Positions 47,092 to 61,875 of a stretch of 64,000 nt of DNA are shown piece by piece (the first letter of the stretch is position 1; each line of letters starts with the position of its first letter). Under the pieces are notes generated by a model that did no database searches, was not told the DNA's origin, and saw only the letters and a list, made by a program, of their open reading frames with translations. The DNA lies in NCBI GenBank assembly GCA_964247055.1, contig OZ176057.1, positions 3,038,001-3,102,000 on the forward strand, written 5' to 3'. The translations under genes were made by a program, and so were the position numbers. The DNA is from Paragordius varius. Its lineage: Eukaryota > Animalia > Nematomorpha.

Positions 47092-49804
47092 CAGGGGTGG
47101 CCACACTTTTTTTGTCGCGAGCTTTTTTTTGGCTTTTTTGTTAAAAAAAGAGTTCGCGGTCACCCAGAAATATTTATCAAAAAAACTCAATCAACACTTT
47201 AAATGATTGTATATACCTGCTTTACAGATTAGAGTGACTTGTTTAAACCATTTTAAAATTGTAATTTTTTTATCTATCAACCAAATACAAAAATAATTTT
47301 AATTAAAAGACAACGGGTTATTAACTACCTTAATTTTTTAACCAACATAAAACACTTCAAAATATTTATTTATTAAATTTCTATTATATGAAATTTTACA
47401 ATGTAAAAATTTAAACAATGCATTTGAAATTACAGGGGAGAATACATTATGATACAAAAAATAAAAGAAATAAAAAATAGCATTCCAATTTAGAACCATA
47501 ATTTGAACATAAATAAGAGTACATTAAAATTGTATCAGTTTTAATTCTATCCACATATTTTTTAGTAAATCGGCTTTTTCCTAAGCGAAAATACAACTCG
47601 ATAAACATCCATATTTAATAAAGAAAAAAATATTTAAAACGCCCGACTGCGAAAAAATTCAGAAAGTTTATCTAAATTAGGTTCAAATGAAGTCAAAGCA
47701 ATTCTCAAACATGATTCTAAATGTTTATTAGTTAATTGTGACCTCTGTTTAGTTTTGATAGCATTCATAATTGAAAAAGCCGATTCACATAAATATGTGG
47801 ATCCAAAAAAAGAATTGAATAATGCAGCGGTTTTCCAAATATGGGGGTATTTATCTTTATTTATAATTTATATATATCTGATCCTAATGATTTTAGATGG
47901 ATATCGCATTTAACATTTATTAATTCCTCTTCCAACTCTGCTAAATTTGGTACACCAAGAAAGTGGCTGAGTTTTTGAGCAATATATTCAACATTATTAT
48001 TATTATTAAATGGGCATGATAAAAAATAGCGATGTCTTCAAGTTTATTTATAGATGAAAATCGTTTTTCAAAATCATTAATAAGCAGACCAATATCATCT
48101 GCATATTTTTCAAAAGAGAGATTCTCTATTTTTTCAGACACCGCTGCCAGATTAAAAAAATGTTTTAAATCTCGGTTTTTTAATTGTGTTTCTACTACTG
48201 TTAGTGTTTCCTTAAAAGATTTTAAAGCACCCATCATATCCATTATTGTTTTATCTTTTCCTTGTAATTGGATGTTTAATTTATGCAATTTTTCCGTGAT
48301 ATCGCATAAAAATGCAAGTTCAAGCAGCCAATCTTGATCTTTCAATTCAGGGTATGAAAATTTAGAAAAAAAATTCTATTTGTGGTAAAAGTTGCCTAAA
48401 TCTAATCAAAAATGCGGCACGACTCAACCACCTTACATCAGTATGTAATAAAAGTTCTCCATATTCCACGCCGCACTCATTTAACAAAATTCGAAATTGG
48501 CGGCGGGACAAGCTTTTTGTTCGAATGGCGTTAACAATTTTAAAACAGGGGTTCATTACATGATGGTATTTTAAAACTTTTGAACATAAAACTTGATTAT
48601 AGATTATACAATGGTAATTAATGAACTTGGGAAATGCACTGTGATTTTTACATAAAGCGATAAAGCCGTTGTTAACGCCAATCATAGCTGGAGCTTTATC
48701 AGTAGTTATAGATGCGAGTTTTACGATGGGAAGTTTCGTATCTGTGATAAATTTATAAAAAGAATCAAAAATATCCTGCCCTCTAATTCGTTCGTGGAGA
48801 GGTATTATAGTTAATAATTCCTCCTTTGCAGATAAATCACTAAATATCATACGAATAAAAATGCATAATTGGGCGATTCCAACATAATCGGTGGACTCAT
48901 CGAGTTGCAAGGAAAAAAAATACAGTTATTAATATTTTCATGTAAAATTTCATCAAGATTATTACTAATATCTTCAGCCCTGCGCATAACGGTATTTCTC
49001 GATAAGCTTATGCTTTTAATAGCTGTCATAATATTATTTTTGTTATCAAAATTTTCAAATAAAATATCACAAGCGCTAATAAAGGCTTCTTTAAATATTT
49101 CACCATCTTGGAATGGCTTATTGTTCCGAATGAGTATTTCCGCTACCTTGAATGAAGCAATCGTAGCATTTTTATAGTCTTTGTTGTATTTAAGTATGCT
49201 ATTTTGTGAGGCGGATAATTGTTCTTTTAATTCCTTTACTTTAATGTTGCGTTATTGAGTTTGTAAGGGGTAGTTTTTGGAGTAATGTGGATGCAGAGAT
49301 CTATAATGTCTTTCATTATTTGACTTTTTGGGCAAAGCAACAGTACTATTGCATATTAGACAGGTGCATGTTTCGTTTATCATAATAAAAAAGTATTCAT
49401 GCTCCCAATCTTTCTTGTATCTGTACAACTTTTTTTGGCTCATTCTAAAATATAAGTTTTAAAAACCTACTTTTGGCGTATCAAATCAAATCTAACTTCA
49501 CGATTATGCTTCTGATTTATGAATAAGCTTTGCTCAAAGTTTTGATATATTCAAGGGAAATGACTGATTTTAAGTTTTAATGCAAATGCTCCAAAACATA
49601 TGAATTATAATTAATAAAATAATTTTTTTACACCCTTTTCTTAGACGTTTTTTTTTAATTTAAACCGTATTTTTTTGTATTTTAAATTTAAATTCGCTCA
49701 GAAGTAGCCAACTATCCGAAAAAAATCAATAAATTATTTTAAAAAAAAATATTTTCAGGCGGTCACTTTTTGAGTTGTCGCGGTCACCTCGTTGGCCACC
49801 CCTG
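47092..49804 (-). mobile_element. Full-length SPIN/Buster-type hAT transposon
   Basis: TIRs caggggtggcca / tggccacccctg and a perfect 8-bp TSD ttgtatag (47084-47091, 49805-49812) with the nnnTAnnn Buster signature. Confidence 0.95.
47634..49443 (-). pseudogene. GTF2IRD2/SPIN-like hAT transposase with few lesions
   Basis: CTCLIC...KKSNNERHY zinc finger, LSRNTVMRR, QLDESTD, ITTDKAPAMIG, HCII, HTDVRWLSR, LAFLCDIT, FGSTYLCESAFS. A stop at ~49252, further stops near ~47860, and frameshifts near 48910, 48362 and 48010. Confidence 0.92.
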
Positions 49805-51099
49805 TTGTATAGCATCAAAATGTGTTTTTTTTGGAAAAATTAGGATTATTCAATATTTTGTTATACAGTGCTTTCGACATACTTTTGGCTCAAAGAGGTG
49901 AACCAGGGTGCAATTAGCCATATTTAAATAATAGAAAGTTAAATTAAGAAATTACATTTGTAGTTGTTTGGATACACTATCGGTTTTAGGTCATTTTTTA
50001 CGGGTTCCGATTTCACTGTTTTTAAAAATAGGTTTTGCTCCATTTTTTGTCAAATGGTTCTGTTCTCCTTAATTTTTTATTTAATATGTTTATATGTATA
50101 ATTGAATGGAATCAAATAGCGCAAAAACAAAAAAAAATTAACACCTTAACCACAAAAATATTGTATGATATTTTGCACCGGAAAAAATTAAAGAAATATA
50201 TTTTTATGCATAATAGAACGCAATATAAGATCATCATTAATCAAATCAGGTGTTGTTATAAAATTTTAAATGGGTCTATCAAATATTTTTGGGGACTTGA
50301 TTTCCCCAAAGGGCTCTATTTTACAGGCTGTGTCTTAAATCATATATTTAAGAGTGCTATGATAATAATTTTAATACTATTATAAAAATTATTTTAGCAA
50401 ACATCTATATATAATTTTATAGATGTTCGCTCCGAAATATATTTAAATTGAGCGTAAATTTTGTTAGAAACAAGAAACATATTTTTCATACCTTGATAAT
50501 GCTGAATATTTTAATTACCAAACATTTTGAATAAAAGAGTTTTTATTTTAAAAATTAGAATTAATATTATTTATGTTATTTACGAAAATTCTATTAAATT
50601 GCAAAAAGAATAAGGTAAAAATCAGTTAATCAAATTTAATAGATCAGGGGTGACCAACATTTTTTTCCGCGGAATACTTTTTTGGAATTTCCGCGTTCAC
50701 GTTACTTTATGATTCAAATATATATCTCTATCGGATTAGTTGACTAGCACAAGCCATTTTAAAATAAAAATTACAAAAATTAATCATTTTTGAGTAGTTG
50801 TTTTTATATATAATCTTTGTTGATTCAGAAGACCTCTGGTTGCCACAAGCAGTACAAATACCAAAACATTTACGTTATTCAATTTATTTAATAATTGTTA
50901 ATCTTGCGTCGGATTTTAGATGATGAAAATAAAAGATGTTGTAGCTTTTGGCAGAGTCTTTATAATTTACCAGTTGAATACCAAGTTTTAAATTATGGAC
51001 ATATGCTTCAAGATAGTAAATCCCATTAATTTGAAAAAGAATGTCGGGCCGCAGTTTTAAATCTAGTTAAATGGTGGTGTTAACAGTGAATTACTTAAT

Positions 51100-52558
51100 A
51101 ATGTAGAATGGTTAAGTCATGCCGCATTTTTAGTTTAATTAATACAATTTTTACTAAAATAACAGTGTGGAAATTTTTCTAATATGACGTCTGAAACCTT
51201 GATTTTGAATTATATAAAATTTCGGTAAGAATCCGATTAAGATCATCACCTCTCCCCATAATTGTTTTTCTAGATAGGGATAAGCTTTTTTATAAATTCA
51301 TAATATTCTTTTTGCCTTCATAATTTTCAAACAGCAGTTCAGAAGCTTTAGTAAAAACTTTTTTTCCAAATATCTCCGTCCTAAAAATATTTTATTTATT
51401 GTTTCTGATATTTTGTAGGTTGCAATTATGAATTTTTTGAGCTGTCTCGTGCAGTGTTTCTGAATATTTAATACCTCTTTTCATATCTTAATTTTTGATT
51501 TTAAATATCTGAATTGTATTTTTGATACTTCGTGTGAATCCTATTACTGGTAAGATCGGTTTCCTCCATAAATAAATGAATTATAAGTATTAAATTTTTG
51601 TGATATTAACACCTTAAAAAAATTATAAAAAATATGCCCAAAATGGACCGGTGATGTTTTTTACTATGTCAAGCTTTAAGCATAAAATTTTATCTCTCCA
51701 TATTTTTTTTTATTTTTTCTTGGCTTCCAAGTCTCTCTTCAATATACACTTTCTTAAAGTGATTTGTTTATATTATACTTAAGCGCTTTCATTATTGGTC
51801 CAATAATCATTTCATCTCTAAATCCTCTAAAATGGATAAAGGTCTACAATTTGTCGTAACAAGCACTATTAAAGCGTCATTCAACATCAGTGGAAAAATG
51901 TTATCATTTGGTTTGTTAAGAATTTTTCTAATAAATTTTTTTGAAACTGGATCTAAAATTAGATATTAATTAAATACTTAAAATCAAGATTAAACCATGG
52001 GTACGTAAATGTTTGACTAGATTGGAGTTGTGAGTTCCTCTAATTTTTGTTTGACAAGTTTGGCATGTGCCATCATCAGTGATAATATCAAAATATGTTT
52101 TTGAAATAGTTTTTCTGTTGTTTATCATTCTTTAGTTTCTTTAAATTGAAAATTTAGCGAGTTAGGAAGTTGTGTCGGACAACAAAGAGTATCCCGTTCG
52201 TTTTAATATATATTATGACTATTAATTTATGTAAATCAGCCGAATCGCCCAAAATCAGAGTCTCGCTTATATAATACCAGGCGCTTAGCTTTAGGTTTGA
52301 AGTTTTAAATATGTAATATGTAGTGGTAGAATCAAATCTAAATAATAAAATATAATTTTTAAAATAAATATCATATAGGAACCACTAATTAAAAGGGTGG
52401 AGCCGGAACTACCGAGTTGGCTCCTAAAAATATATAGATAGAACCGGGGTGGTTCCTGAAATTTTGGAATCGGTACCGGGGGCGAAATCGCATTGGTTCC
52501 GTTCCAATGGAACCCGTTCTTAAAATCCCAGGACCCCTGGTTCCGGTTCCAACCCTGT
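51100..52558 (-). mobile_element. Decayed Ac-type hAT element with a BED zinc finger
   Basis: Minus strand DDGTCQTCQTKIRGTHNSNLVKHLRTHG (~51995-52080) and DALIVLVTTNCRPLSILED. Clustered ggaacc/ggttcc subterminal repeats at 52378-52555 end in ccaaccctg. The other terminus was not found. Confidence 0.7.
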
Positions 52559-53015
52559 TTTTATGTCGTCAGCCATTTTTAATTTTTTGCTTTTTTAAAT
52601 AATTACCATTATATTAATATTCAATTTTTTCTTTATAAGGCTAATAATTTTAAGAATTTGAAAAAGTAAACCAAAAACTTTTTCAAAGATTTTTTTTAAA
52701 TTTTATACTAATGTAACCCTAATAATTATATTATAATAATTTATATGATTTTCAAATTAGTTTTGTGACCATTTTTGACTTATTTAAGGGTTGAAAATTT
52801 TGACCATATAAACCCAAATAACTTTTATTAAGATTGATTTAAATGACTAACCATTCGAAAGATTGAATCTTTCGCGCTCTTTCGAATGATATAAATAGCT
52901 CAATATCTAAAACTTCTAATTTGAAAACTTCGATTTTGATGTTAAATCGGTGCCAAAAAATTTTGATAAACTTTAATAAAAAAATTTTTAGGTGTTCGAC
53001 CAATTTTCAGATATA

Positions 53016-54201
53016 TACCATTTCCCAGTCAAAATAAACGTTTCCCAGTCAATCGAAACATTTTCCCAGTCAATCAATAAAAACGTTTTCTCAGTCAATA
53101 AAAACGGTTTTATTTTTGATGATAAATATCAAAACAAGATATAAAAACAACTTTTAACCCTTATTAGTGTAATATATGGATAATATTTTTTTATAAAAAC
53201 TAATTGAATGACAATTTTTCCAAGTATCCAGTACATAATCATTAATGACTTATTCTTTAAATATTTCTGGAATTTGGGACGTTTTTAAGATAATTTTTAA
53301 TTATCAATGGTTCGCATTAATATTTGCGGAACGCTTCACAACAGTTTTTAAATATGTCAAGCTTGTCGATAAAAATACTGTCGGAAAAAATATCTAAACG
53401 AAAAATTTTTTTAAAAAATGTTTTTGATTTAAAAATATTTAATAAAAAAAATTTGACTAAAACAAGGGTGTCCAACTAAATGCCTTCGCGGGCCGCATTT
53501 TTAGCTCAAAAAAGCACACCGTTCCGCATTCGAAATGTATACGGGCATTCACATAATTTTCGATTTATAAGACTGTAAAATACAAACACAATATAACATT
53601 TTTTAAAATTCGTTACCAATTTAATAGACTCTATCATATTGATTGCGTAAGAAATATGAATACTACTAAGATTTTGTGGGCATATTTTTGCATACGGATT
53701 TCCAAATTTTTCGCGGGCAGCACAAAGATACTCGGAAGGCCGCCTTAGGCCCCGATGAACCAAATAATAAATATTATATGGGTAAAATTTATGTTTAAGA
53801 TCCAATATGAAGTGCTAAATGACCAAAGAGATAAAAATGGTATATTTTTATATATTTTATTATTTCCTCCGTAATAGATTTTTTAAGTTAACCGCAAATA
53901 TTAATGCGAACCATCGATAAAATAAAAAATATTATCTTAAAAACATCTCAAATTTAAAAAAACATTTAAAGAATAAGTCATTAATGATTGTGCACTGGAA
54001 TATATTTGGAAAAATTGTCATTCAAAAATTGTGTTTTTAATTAAAAATAATCTCCATATATTACGCTGATAATGGTTAAAAGTTGTTATATTCTTGTTTT
54101 GATAATTATCAAACGTTTTTATTGATTGGGAAAATGTTTTTATTGACTGGGAAAATGTTTCGATTGACTGGGAAAACGTTTATTTTGACTGGGAAGTGGT
54201 A
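53016..54201. mobile_element. Non-autonomous TACCAT family-1 element
   Basis: ta|taccatttcccagtc ... gactgggaagtggta|ta with TA TSD; same core as 25406 and 26868. Confidence 0.9.
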
Positions 54202-56076
54202 TATTAAATTTACAAGAATGGCACTTAAAAAAACTAAAAATTTGTTATCTAGTTTAATTTTTGAATGTATTTATCTTTTTTTATATTTTTTTACTTAATA
54301 TCTTTAGTTATCACATTATCATCATAAAAATTTCACATTTCGTATTTTAAAAAAGATAAAATGTATTGATACCTACTATATATTTTTAGATAGCCTAAAT
54401 AATTTTTAAAAAATTAAGGACACGGTTATTAAATAAAATTTAAATATTATAAATAAATAAAAATTATGATAGGAGGATATATGAATGATACGTGGTTTGA
54501 ATGATAGAAATTAAAAAATAATAGTAAGGACCGAAAACCATCTTAAGTGTTGAAGAACACTCTTGAAGCTCAAATGGTATATATGAAATCGCCACGGAGT
54601 AGAAAATTACCCATAAAGGTAATAAAGTGTTTAAAGCTCATATCAAGTCATTTTTTACTTAAAATTTCAATACGTTTGTTTTTGATCACTACGATATAAT
54701 AATCTGAGACGGGTATATTTATGGTATAGGAATTTATTGTATAGAAATATTAAATTGTGCCGTATGTATATGGGCGGTAATTTGGATATAAGAAGGTGTG
54801 CTATATATATATGTGTCTGGTTAATTAAGTACAAACAAAGGTTAATTTACATAAGGTCAATAGATAATTATATTAGGTTAAAAGCCAATTGGTAGGTTAA
54901 CAATATAAGTTTGAAATTACATTATACGTATATAATATCCCTTTCTCAGTTTTAATTGTAATTTGCAAATCTATTTGGCGCTTTTCTTCTCTGCGGATAG
55001 CGTCTTATTTTGGGAGGTCCTATTGGCTTGTTATTATTATTGTTTTTATTGCTAATGGGGTCAAATTAATGATTCGTTTCTTGAGCATTTGGGAAATGGT
55101 CTGACTTATTCAGAACATCATAAGTCGCTTGACGACCGGGTTAACACTGGTAGTTTGTATTTTACAAAAGTGCTGTGGTTTGGAAATCGGTCCAGCTGGT
55201 CATATGTCTTAGTCCACTGAATTTGCTCCTTAGCAAGGCTATTTTCTGGAGTTGGGTGCTGTTTGGAGATCGACATAGCTTGTCCGGTATCTTGGTACCA
55301 ATACCATTGTTATAGGTACTACCGCCAACGGTTTTGTTACCATTACTTTTGATTACCCCCAACTACATTGTCATTTCCAGAAGTACCGCTACTATGGTGG
55401 TTCCCAACGTCACTATCACTACCACATTCTCCCCGAGAGAGTTTCAACCACCATCACAACCAACTCTGTAATCATTGCCTTGTCCGTTCTTGTTCTCAAT
55501 TGTCAGTATTTCGTAGCTCTTTCTTATACTTTGACCCTGTAAAATAATAGGCCGGTTCGATCTACTAATGTCCCTTCTCTCCATTTTTTTTAAACACTTT
55601 ATCGGCTGTAACGAAGTTTCTGATAGTATGGGATGAATTTTTTATAAAATCACTGGTTCTACCCTTCATCAAACGTTGATATATTTCTCCTGAGCAGCCG
55701 GTGTTTCCTTATACTATTGTGATATGCTGAACGCCCATCTTACTTGGTTTTTTCGACGCTCCAGCTCTAAATTCTCCACCTGGCACTTATTGTAATGTGT
55801 GAATGTTTGAATGAATGATTTGAAATATGACGACTTGTCAGTGATAATCATCTTTGGCGATCCAACCTGGCGTACCTTTCGAGAACTTTTAGAATATCAG
55901 AGGTGTTCTTTTTTTATTTGTTAAGCTTTTATCCAAAGTTTGCAGTGGTCTATTAATTCAACCCAATATAAATTGTCAGTATCTTTCATACTGTAGTATT
56001 TGTGTCCATGCGCATGTAAAGCTTTGTGAAAGGTTCGGATGATGTTTTTGATAATTTTGACAGTGTTCAATCGATT

Positions 56077-59000
56077 TGTAATATATATACACATACTTGT
56101 TATGTTATTGTAATTGGGAGCATGCAAAATATTTATACTTCCGTAATATTATATTGCGAAAATTGTTATAATGTTTGGATGTATGGCAAATTAAGCATAC
56201 AAGTATAACTCACAACGGCACAAGAATAATATGTTATTTTAGTTGTTTAATAAATTCACTTATCCTTTAAGATTGTGGCGCAGATAATGAAAATTATTTT
56301 AATGCTTTATGTGGAAGGAGAAAACTTTGGAGAATATTTGCAGCACATGAAACGGGTATTGCTGGCCAAAGGATTGCCTATAACTGATGATTGTAAATTG
56401 TTATTCCTGGGCTATTCCGGTATGTCTACGACAAATAAGCTGGAACAGTGCTTGTCCATGGCGTAGATGATTGCAATTTGCCACAATATTGGGGGCGGGA
56501 GCAAAATTTTTTGATTCAAAAATAAATGTTTTTAAAGCCTTGTTCGATTTTGCAAACTTGAGAAAATATCAGATAGATCCTTCACCAAATATCTGCTACG
56601 GGGTAAGGAAGCCGCTGCTAAGTGCACGGTATTGATATCGAGGAGATCGGGATGCATTATCAACGGGTTGTGCAACTTGAATTAAAACCCCTAACACTTT
56701 TTCCTGACGCAAGAATTAATGGTCAACTGGTAAGTTTGAATACCGTATTCGATATCGCCATGAATTATGAAAGGGCGCAGGAATGTTCTGTGAGTAAACA
56801 ATCTCTGCAATGCAGAACTCAACGACATGTAGCAAATAAGAGTAAAATCGATAGTATTGGGGTCACAACAGCCGCCGAGATTGACGCAAGGCTTAATGGG
56901 TTATCGAGACGAATGCAGTCGACACCGGGTCATCCGTATCAATCATCAATAATGAGACCTAAAAATTTGGCATTCCAAACGGAGGGCGTTCAATCTTGAT
57001 GTGGTGAGCTATGGTGGAAACAGGGTACGGATGTTGGGAAAAATACTCTTGGTCCGAGTGTTAAATCGGAAAAAACGGTTAAAGTGCATTGTGTATGAAG
57101 AACGATTACCTTTGATCGTTGGTTTGGATTGGATTAAAGTATTCAATAATACGAGTGCAATCATATGTAAATATTTTAAATAAATTTAAAGAACTTTTTT
57201 GTGAAGATAAATTAGGATGTTTAAAAGACCGAGTATAAAAAAATTAAGTGTAGAATTGTGCTGCTCCTGCGACCCAAAAAGGACGAGATACAAGTTTAGT
57301 AAAAGCCGGTATATAAAAGCCAATATACGCAACAAAAAAAACGACATGGACTACCCCCATTGTAAATACAATAAAGCCCGATGGGGATCTTAGGCTATGT
57401 GCCGATTTTAGGGTAACTTTAAACCTTTAGTTAGTTGACAATAGCCAAAAATACCGCCATCGAAAAACTGATTCATAAAGTGGGGTTGGGTGAATATTTT
57501 TAACCTTTGGACTTTAAGGACGCGTGTTTTACATTGCTATTATACAAAGGGAGTCAACAGCTTTCAATGACAACATCACTGGGATACTATTATCCAAAGA
57601 CACCCGTTTAAGCCAGTCCGGCACCTCTATATATTTAGATGACGTGTTACGGCCGAACACGGTTAGAACATAAACAAAACTTACGAGTTTTGCAAAAATT
57701 GCAAGTGCCTGTATAATCTACGGAAAGATAAGATTCAACTTTTTCAATCTTCAGTAAGTTATTTGGAATACACCTTAGACAAAGAAGGCGTAATTTCAAG
57801 CACATGAAAAATAGAAGCCATAATACCGGTTAATAGAACAGCCCTCAAATCTTTTCTAGGCTTAGTCAACTTACTTTCTAGATTCCATCTCTGCGTGGGA
57901 TAATGAATCCCTTACAATCGTTATGTAGCCCCAAACGTAAATAGGAATGAGACACGAGGCACGAACAATTCTTTTAGTTAGCAAAAAGCTGATTGCGAAA
58001 ACAACCATATCAATACCATCTAATGCAGATTTATCGATAGCGATTGAAACAGACGCTTAAAATAAGGTGTTGCCATAATATATGAATAACCTCTTAAAAA
58101 ACAAAACCAATAGCGTATGCGTCAAAGAAATGCACAGCAGCGGTAAACAATTATCATTCAATATAGAGATAAGCCAAGGCGATACATTTTACAATAGAAA
58201 ATTTATATGGCCGTAAATTTGACTTAATTACTGATAATAAGGCGTTACTAAAATAATTTTGAAATCATCGCAATACATAACTTAAATAACATTAAGCAAT
58301 TTAGATAAATATATAAAGCGTCTGAATTTAACTATAATATGAATTACATTCCAAGTAATGATCATTTAGCAAACTCACTATCTCACCTTTTGACTGTCAA
58401 TCAGAAAATATTAGACTTATCTGTTGCGAAAATATAAAAATAAATAGGGACATAAAAAAGTAGCTACCAAAAATGAAAAAAATTGAGGGTATGAACGCTT
58501 TATACAAAGTATCAGTCACATGACGAATTGAAACCCTTTAGAAATAGTACGAAATAGAAATACTTATGGGCTTCCATATTGGAATGATAGGCTACTAATC
58601 CAAAAGTAGAACAGGCAAATATACACGTAAGTCTTATATGTAATAGTGGTATTGGTAGGCGGGAAAGGGCAATGTGAAATATTGGCCGGGTTAACATCGA
58701 CGAATGGGTCAAATCTTGCAGTAATAGTCAACTCAACCGCCCCAATATCTAACCCAACCCCACATATCAATGGAAAAAAACACAATCATTTGGCAACAAC
58801 TGCATGACGGCGCAGAGCCCATCGGATGGGTATTGGATTGTTCTAATAGATAGCTATTCCCTATGGGATGGGTGAAAATAACAAAAACGGTAACTTCTTC
58901 AATAATTCTCATTTTTTTAGAAAAGTGCTTCCCACTATTCGGGTTTGGAATAATAATAGCAGAACGCTCATCATTTTGTGTCCTAAGTGTTTAAAGCAAC

Positions 59001-59617
59001 TTTAAATAGTATTAATGTCAAACACGTCACTTCAGCGCCGGACCATCTCAATACAAACGGGGTGGTTGAAAGAGTCATGTATACTTTAAAGTCGCATTAC
59101 AGAGCCGACAATGGTAATAATGCCCAAACCAAAATGAATAACGTCTCACGGGGTTATAACAAGTATTCATACCTCGATAAAATTCAGTCCGGCCACACTC
59201 TTTCTACACGTGCCCCGTCAGGTTCAATAACATGATTAAAGAGTAGACCCGCTGATTATATCGACGACATTACACCTAATACTGAGCTTAATGATAATGA
59301 TAAGGTTTAGATCAAAAATGAATTGTGTCATGGTTGGCATGAAGGCATGATGCATAAACGCAATGGCGTATATGAAGTAGATGATGGGGATAGAGTAATT
59401 ATCCCGAGATTCGCCTCCAATGCCCGATGATGCAATGCAACCAGATTCCGTTGACAGCCCATGCACAATCATTGAAGGTCAGTAGCGAGTTCCGCTTAGA
59501 ACCGGTTGCAGCGCAAGGGACGGAGGAAAGGGAAGAATCAGAGCGAAGGTGCCCCACAAAACTGCGGAGGCCCCCCGATAGATTCAAAGGGGAAGAATGA
59601 CGATAGAGTTATTTTGT

Positions 59618-59667
<50 letters not shown>

Positions 59668-59913
59668 TTGCTATGTTATTGTAATCGTTATCATGCAAAA
59701 GATTTATGTGGCGCTTTATGTTGTACGTTAGTTAAGTTATTGTAATTAAGAGCATGCAAAATATTTATACTTTCATAATATTATAATGCGATTGTTATAA
59801 TGTTTGGATATATACGCAAAGTGTTCTAACATATATTTTATATAAACCTCCATAACGGCAGAAGATAATTATGATATTTAAATAAATTCACTTTATCCTT
59901 TGATATGAATCCA
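56077..59913 (+). mobile_element. Decayed Ty3/gypsy (K02A2.6/Mag-like) LTR retrotransposon with both LTRs
   Basis: LTRs at ~56077-56272 and ~59598-59913 share gagcatgcaaaatatttatactt, ttgttataatgtttggat and aataaattcactt. PBS-like tggcgcag (~56276); PPT aaaggggaagaa (~59586). gag-like 56275-57000, RT PIVNTIKPDGDLRLCADFRVTLN (~57357), YLDDV (~57632), IETDA (~58043), integrase TSAPDHLNTNGVVER (~59030). Confidence 0.9.
59622..59664. repeat. (TA)n microsatellite; others at ~5742-5778, 8228-8258, 41236-41275, 41712-41746, 62612-62638 and 63266-63300
   Basis: Directly visible dinucleotide runs. Confidence 0.95.
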
Positions 59914-61875
59914 TTTTTTATATCCTGATTTATTCCTGGCCTGACCCCGGTTTTCGCTAGTTTTTTCATTTCTTGGGTACTTGGGTTACCTTTGTATAGA
60001 TATGCGAGAATGTCTGTTCCCATACCTTACGAAACTATAAGGCGGTTTCCTGCGCATAGTAAATCATATGATTCTTCAACCTCATTTCTTAATAATATAT
60101 AAGTTTGCGAAAGATCAATCCAATAATTACTTCTAGAGCTGCTTAAAATTTTTACTTTGCTCATCCACCCTCGTTTGTTCAACTGTTCCTTCTTTGTTCA
60201 ATTTTAAACCTTAACACCATATTAATACTGCTCCTTGTGTTTCTTCCTCTATAGGTTTGATGGTTAACCTTGGCAATGAATCTGCTAAGCTTTTACTGCC
60301 TATGTAAATAATATTATAGTCAGAAGCAAATATTTTCAAAATTCATCTTAATAACTTACTATTATTGATTTGGTTAAATCTTTTTGATAAACGAATAATT
60401 TCTAGGGGTTTGTGATCGAGTTTAACTCAAATCTTCTTCCGCATATAAAAAGTTTTAAATTTCCACATAAGATAGTCCTAGTCTCTTTTCCAATTATGCG
60501 AAATAATGTTTTCCTGCCGTTGAGCATTTTTTAGAAAGATAGCCAATAGGTCTTTTGCCTTCTGGAGTTTTGTGTGAAGGTATTCCACCAAACCGTTCCG
60601 AAGCATCTGTCTCAACAATTATTGGGATTTTGGGGTTGAAAAAAAAGTTATATTATTTCCTACTAATAATTATGCCTTTCGGAAAATATCATCATGTGTG
60701 GATACACCATTGCTGTTTAGTACCGGTTCAAGTAGCTGGCCTACTGGATTAGTCAGAGTTGGTCTGAATGAAGCGTGGAAATTTAATAACCTAAAAAAGA
60801 TCTAAGGCTGGTTTTTTCCTTAGGGGTTAGCATTCATGGATGTCTTTGATCTCATTGCTTGATGGCTCTATACTTTTCTCCGAGATGACATATCCATATT
60901 CAACTTCAGATTAAAAAGTTTTATTTTCTGATTTTTAGGCCTATGTGATTCACATTTATTAGATTGGATTTTTATAATGTTGTTCATATGTTTTCCCTGT
61001 TACAATTAATCCTCTATATACCGCTTTCCCTTTACATCCTCTTATAATTTGCTGAAAAAAACTAGGAGCACAGGAAAGCCAAAATGGTACTTAAAAAACC
61101 AAAGAGGAATAGATATTGTAAGGATATGTTGAGAGCCCAGATGCAATATGTATTTGGAAAGCTTCTCGTAATTGAAATTTAATGATCAAATTAATGTGTG
61201 CAATAAATATGGCGGAGTTTGAATTATTTATTAATCAATACCTTGTAGATTATAATAACTAACGGACTGTACCAACAAATTTTTAATTGTTTGGAGTCAA
61301 TGGGTTTAATGATTTTTAAATATTTTCATCTCAGTGCACATTTTTTCTTGCAGTACATACCCTACCCCTACTATTATTTCTCTGTAACTTGGGTGGCCCT
61401 TCCAACAACCTAATAATATTCGAATATAGCTAGAAAATCATAGTATATGTCATCTGTGTAATTATTTTGTAGGAAAGAGGATATCAAATAGATCTAATCA
61501 ATCCATCTCAAAAAAGAGGACTGATCTATGTTAAACAGGTGCTAACCTTTATATTATTATAGACACTTATACCGTGATTCTCCCTATGATATGTTTATCA
61601 TTGTTATCATATGTATTTATTTGAAAAAGTTTCAATTTAGGTTTTTCATAATCGGCACCAAGTTTCATTGTTTATTAGGGGTATATCTACCCCCGTGTCG
61701 AATAACATTTCGACACATTTTTCGTTTATTTACAATAATTTAAGGTTTTTAATTTAATTTATTTACACACCTAATACTAGGCAGCGAAAAGGTGTAATCT
61801 ATGGAATCGGTAACATTCAATTTGAATGCAGGACTCATCCTGATTGATGGTAGCAACTACATTGAGATCATCCTT

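Larger units (their letters stand above)
54650..61400 (-). mobile_element. Older decayed Ty3/gypsy LTR retrotransposon interrupted by a younger one
   Basis: Minus-strand order: RT (WYSPLVII ~61260; APSFFQQII ~61060), FLGLLNF, RNase H (IVETDAS ~60610), integrase Zn finger (EMKKLAKTGVRPGINQDIK ~59930-59975), resuming at ~56070 (IEHCQNY), C-terminal RRYPQRRKAPNRF (~54970-55005), purine tract gagaaaggg (54939-54947). Outer limits approximate. Confidence 0.75.

Noticed and set aside
52040-52085. Minus-strand CTGATGA + tggca/tgcca hairpin + aac, hammerhead-like
   Set aside because: Lacks G12 of GAAA and is explained as BED-finger codons (DDGTCQTC).
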